64,000 nt of DNA from NCBI GenBank assembly GCA_030390025.1, contig CM059432.1, positions 54,624,001 through 54,688,000 on the forward strand, in the 5' to 3' direction. This DNA comes from Squalus acanthias. Its lineage: Eukaryota. Made by a program: the position numbers and the translations under genes. Position 1 is the first letter of the stretch. Every line of letters begins with the position of its first letter. The notes beneath the pieces were generated by a model. The model was given only the letters and a program-made list of their open reading frames with translations, searched no databases and was not told the DNA's origin. Of this stretch, positions 62,565-64,000 are shown in pieces.

Positions 62565-63842
62565 GCTCGTTCCAAGAAAGGAGGGAGACAGAAAGCAGGA
62601 AACTATAGGCCAGTTAGCCTAACATCTGTCATTGGGAAAATGCTGGAATCCATTATTAAGGAAGTAGTAGCAGTACATTTAGAAAATCATACTACAATCA
62701 AGCAGAGTCAGCATGGTTTTATGAAAGGGAAATCGTGTTTGACAAATTTACTAAAGTTCTTTGAGGATGTAACGAGCAGGGTGGATCAAGGGGAACCAGT
62801 AGATGTTGTGCATTTGGATTTCCAGAAGGCATTCGATAAGGTGCCACATAAAAGGTTACTGCACAAGATAAGAGCTCACGGGGTTGGGGGTAATATATTA
62901 GCATGGATAGAGGATTAGCTAACTAACAGAAAACAGAGAGTCAGGATAAATGGGTAATTTTCAGGTTGGCAAACTGTAACTAGTGGGGTGCCACAGGGAT
63001 CAGTGCTGGGGCCTCAACTATTTACAATCTATATTAATGACTTGGATGAAGGGACCAAGGGGTAAAAATTGGGTAGCTACCTTCGGATTAACGCCCCGAA
63101 AAATGTTGGCACCCCCGCGGCCGATTTTCCCAAGTAGCACCCCGAGAGGGAGGAGGGGCACTACTGGAAGCTCCCCGCGTCTCTCTTGGGGCGCTGCGAG
63201 CCAATATCGTGGCGCTACGTGCCGCGGTACTGCAGGCCTTCCTCCCCTTATTAAAGGGGAGGGGCCTGGCGCAGTGCATCCCGGTGCCCAGCTGGGCCAC
63301 CAGGGATTGGAGTGCCGGCAAATGAGCCCGGCACTCAAGAGGAGTGCCGGGCTCACGGAGAGCAACCAGCACCCTGCGGGGGGGCTTCACGGGGGCCGGG
63401 GACAGCAACGGGGGCAGGTGCTGGCAGGCAGCCAGCAACAAATATGGCCACCCATCACCTCCCCTTTAACTAGCACCGCCCCGGCCGCAGGTAGTCCCCC
63501 CTGACCCCGGCGGATATAGCGTCCGGCGGTAAGCCAGGGGTCGCCACCCAATATTACAGTGGGGGCGTGAGTGGGGCGCTGCGCACAGCGATGATGTCAT
63601 CACCAGCAGCGCAGCGCCGCGCGGCGCTAACGGTTAGCGCCGCCACTAACCTCCCGCTGAATTTCGCAGGAGGCGTTAGCGGTGCCGCGCCCAGGCGCTA
63701 GTTGATTTGCGCCCCATTAGCACCCTCTTATGGCGCTAACAGGAGGCGCAAATCAACCGAATTTAGCCCCCAAGTGTACTGTTGCCAAATTTACTGACAA
63801 TACAAAGATAGGTGGGAAAGCAAGTTGTGAGGAGGACACAAA
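62565..63842 (+). mobile_element. CR1 RT fragment with MITE insertion
   Basis: [34 protein letters not shown]; resumes 63771-63842. Confidence 0.9.
63059..63770. mobile_element. Harbinger-type MITE in CR1 RT
   Basis: ggggtaaaaattggg / ccgaatttagcccc; TSD CAA (63056-58, 63771-73). Confidence 0.88.
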
Positions 63843-64000
63843 GGCCGAAATTTTGATTGAGGAGGCGGGTTGACGGTGGGCCCGCTGGTCGGCGTCTTCC
63901 CGACCCACTCCCGGTTGCCGTCGCCCCGCAGATGAGATTTTACGCTGATTGGCCTCGTTACTGCCGATGTGTGGGTCCCTCCAGGTTATTGCTTGCAGAG
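63843..64000. mobile_element. Start of another Harbinger-type element (runs off the window)
   Basis: Abrupt switch from CR1 to ggccgaaatttt, with GC-rich sequence similar to 12870-12990. Confidence 0.6.

Overview
Eukaryotic, repeat-saturated vertebrate DNA, most likely from a cartilaginous fish. That assignment is inferred from the dominance of CR1 LINEs, Deu-domain SINEs and GC-rich PIF/Harbinger families. I recognise no host protein-coding exon; nearly all informative ORFs are transposable-element relics. Contents: about 10 CR1 LINE copies or fragments (two near full length, with Zn-finger/SGNH-esterase ORF1 and APE-RT ORF2); about 9 decayed PIF/Harbinger elements (DDE transposase and/or Myb/SANT gene); several Harbinger MITEs with 3-bp TSDs; four solo LTRs (1.3-1.8 kb, TG...CA, 4-bp TSDs); one hAT MITE; one pogo/Tigger-like MITE; SINEs; and a foldback Penelope-like insertion with a minimal hammerhead motif. 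Most interesting signals: (1) two divergent CR1 families share a U_UUA_AAC slippery heptamer at the ORF1 end, with ORF2 open in the -1 frame, suggesting programmed -1 ribosomal frameshifting in a LINE; (2) unrelated Harbinger MITEs hit the same nucleotide of the CR1 RT gene; (3) three divergent LTRs conserve a covarying tRNA-T-arm-like hairpin and a long-range stem in U5.
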